In this document: piece by piece, positions 63,894 to 64,000 of the stretch
How positions within the stretch are numbered: the first letter of the stretch is position 1
Layout: each line of letters starts with the position of its first letter
From: a phage
Sequence record: PV730300.1
Direction: 5' to 3' (one strand)
Length of the DNA stretch: 64,000 bases
Translations under genes and position numbers: made by a program
Notes under the pieces: model-generated
Seen by the model: the letters and a program-made list of their open reading frames with translations, nothing else
Told to the model about the DNA's origin: nothing
Database searches by the model: none

Positions 63894-64000
63894 ATGAAAA
63901 TCACAAAAAGCCTAACTAATTATGCAGCACGTCGCGGATTATGTTTAACCGTTGAAAACTTAGGGAAAGAAGACTTTTTGTGTTTTTGGGAGCTTGAAAA
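63894..64000 (+). CDS. early small protein, 3'-truncated by window end
   Basis: ATG set by cassette 16; ORF open to the last base of the window. Confidence 0.45.
   Translation, partial: MKITKSLTNYAARRGLCLTVENLGKEDFLCFWELE

Noticed and set aside
57600-64000. Regularly spaced GC-rich hairpin repeats that could be taken for a CRISPR array
   Set aside because: The repeated unit is a promoter-hairpin-RBS cassette, the intervening sequences are 150-570 bp protein-coding ORFs of variable length, and no cas genes are present.
1-64000. Prophage or lysogeny functions (integrase, repressor, attachment site)
   Set aside because: No tyrosine or serine recombinase motifs, CI-like repressor or flanking tRNA were seen; the content is consistent with a virulent phage, although the window does not cover the whole genome.

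Overview
This window reads as a contiguous piece of a large virulent tailed-phage genome from a Gram-negative host; no integrase, repressor or rRNA/tRNA was recognised. Layout: (1) 32-14773, plus strand: tail and host-recognition genes (baseplate J-like, tail fiber plus assembly chaperone, a 1017-aa beta-helix tailspike, a collagen-like fiber, an Ig-like fiber). (2) 14801-50247, minus strand: replication and nucleotide metabolism (HNH endonuclease, SSB, family-A DNA polymerase, DNA methyltransferase, gp4-like primase-helicase, SF1 helicase, anaerobic ribonucleotide reductase nrdD/nrdG, MazG-like protein). Embedded in it is an accessory island with four glycosyltransferase-like genes, a SleB-like cell-wall hydrolase, and a Ter-type cluster (TerD, vWA, TelA, SprT-like peptidase, TerC, TARG1-like macrodomain, phosphoribosyltransferase, HAD hydrolase). 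(3) 50362-56113, plus strand: small genes, an AAA+ ATPase, a zinc-finger protein and a NADAR-domain protein. (4) 56114-57461: intergenic region with a terminator, 45-bp direct repeats, four iteron-like palindromes and a GC-rich block. (5) 57462-64000: about 22 small genes, 16 of them preceded by the same ~80-bp promoter-hairpin-RBS cassette. The main candidates for an undescribed system are the phage-borne Ter-type cluster and the cassette-driven early-gene array, with a macrodomain/NADAR pair as a candidate counter to DNA ADP-ribosylation. All functional calls rest on motifs read by eye and on gene context; no database search was run. ORF-track start codons include GTG/TTG, and several starts were re-assigned to internal ATGs with better ribosome-binding sites.
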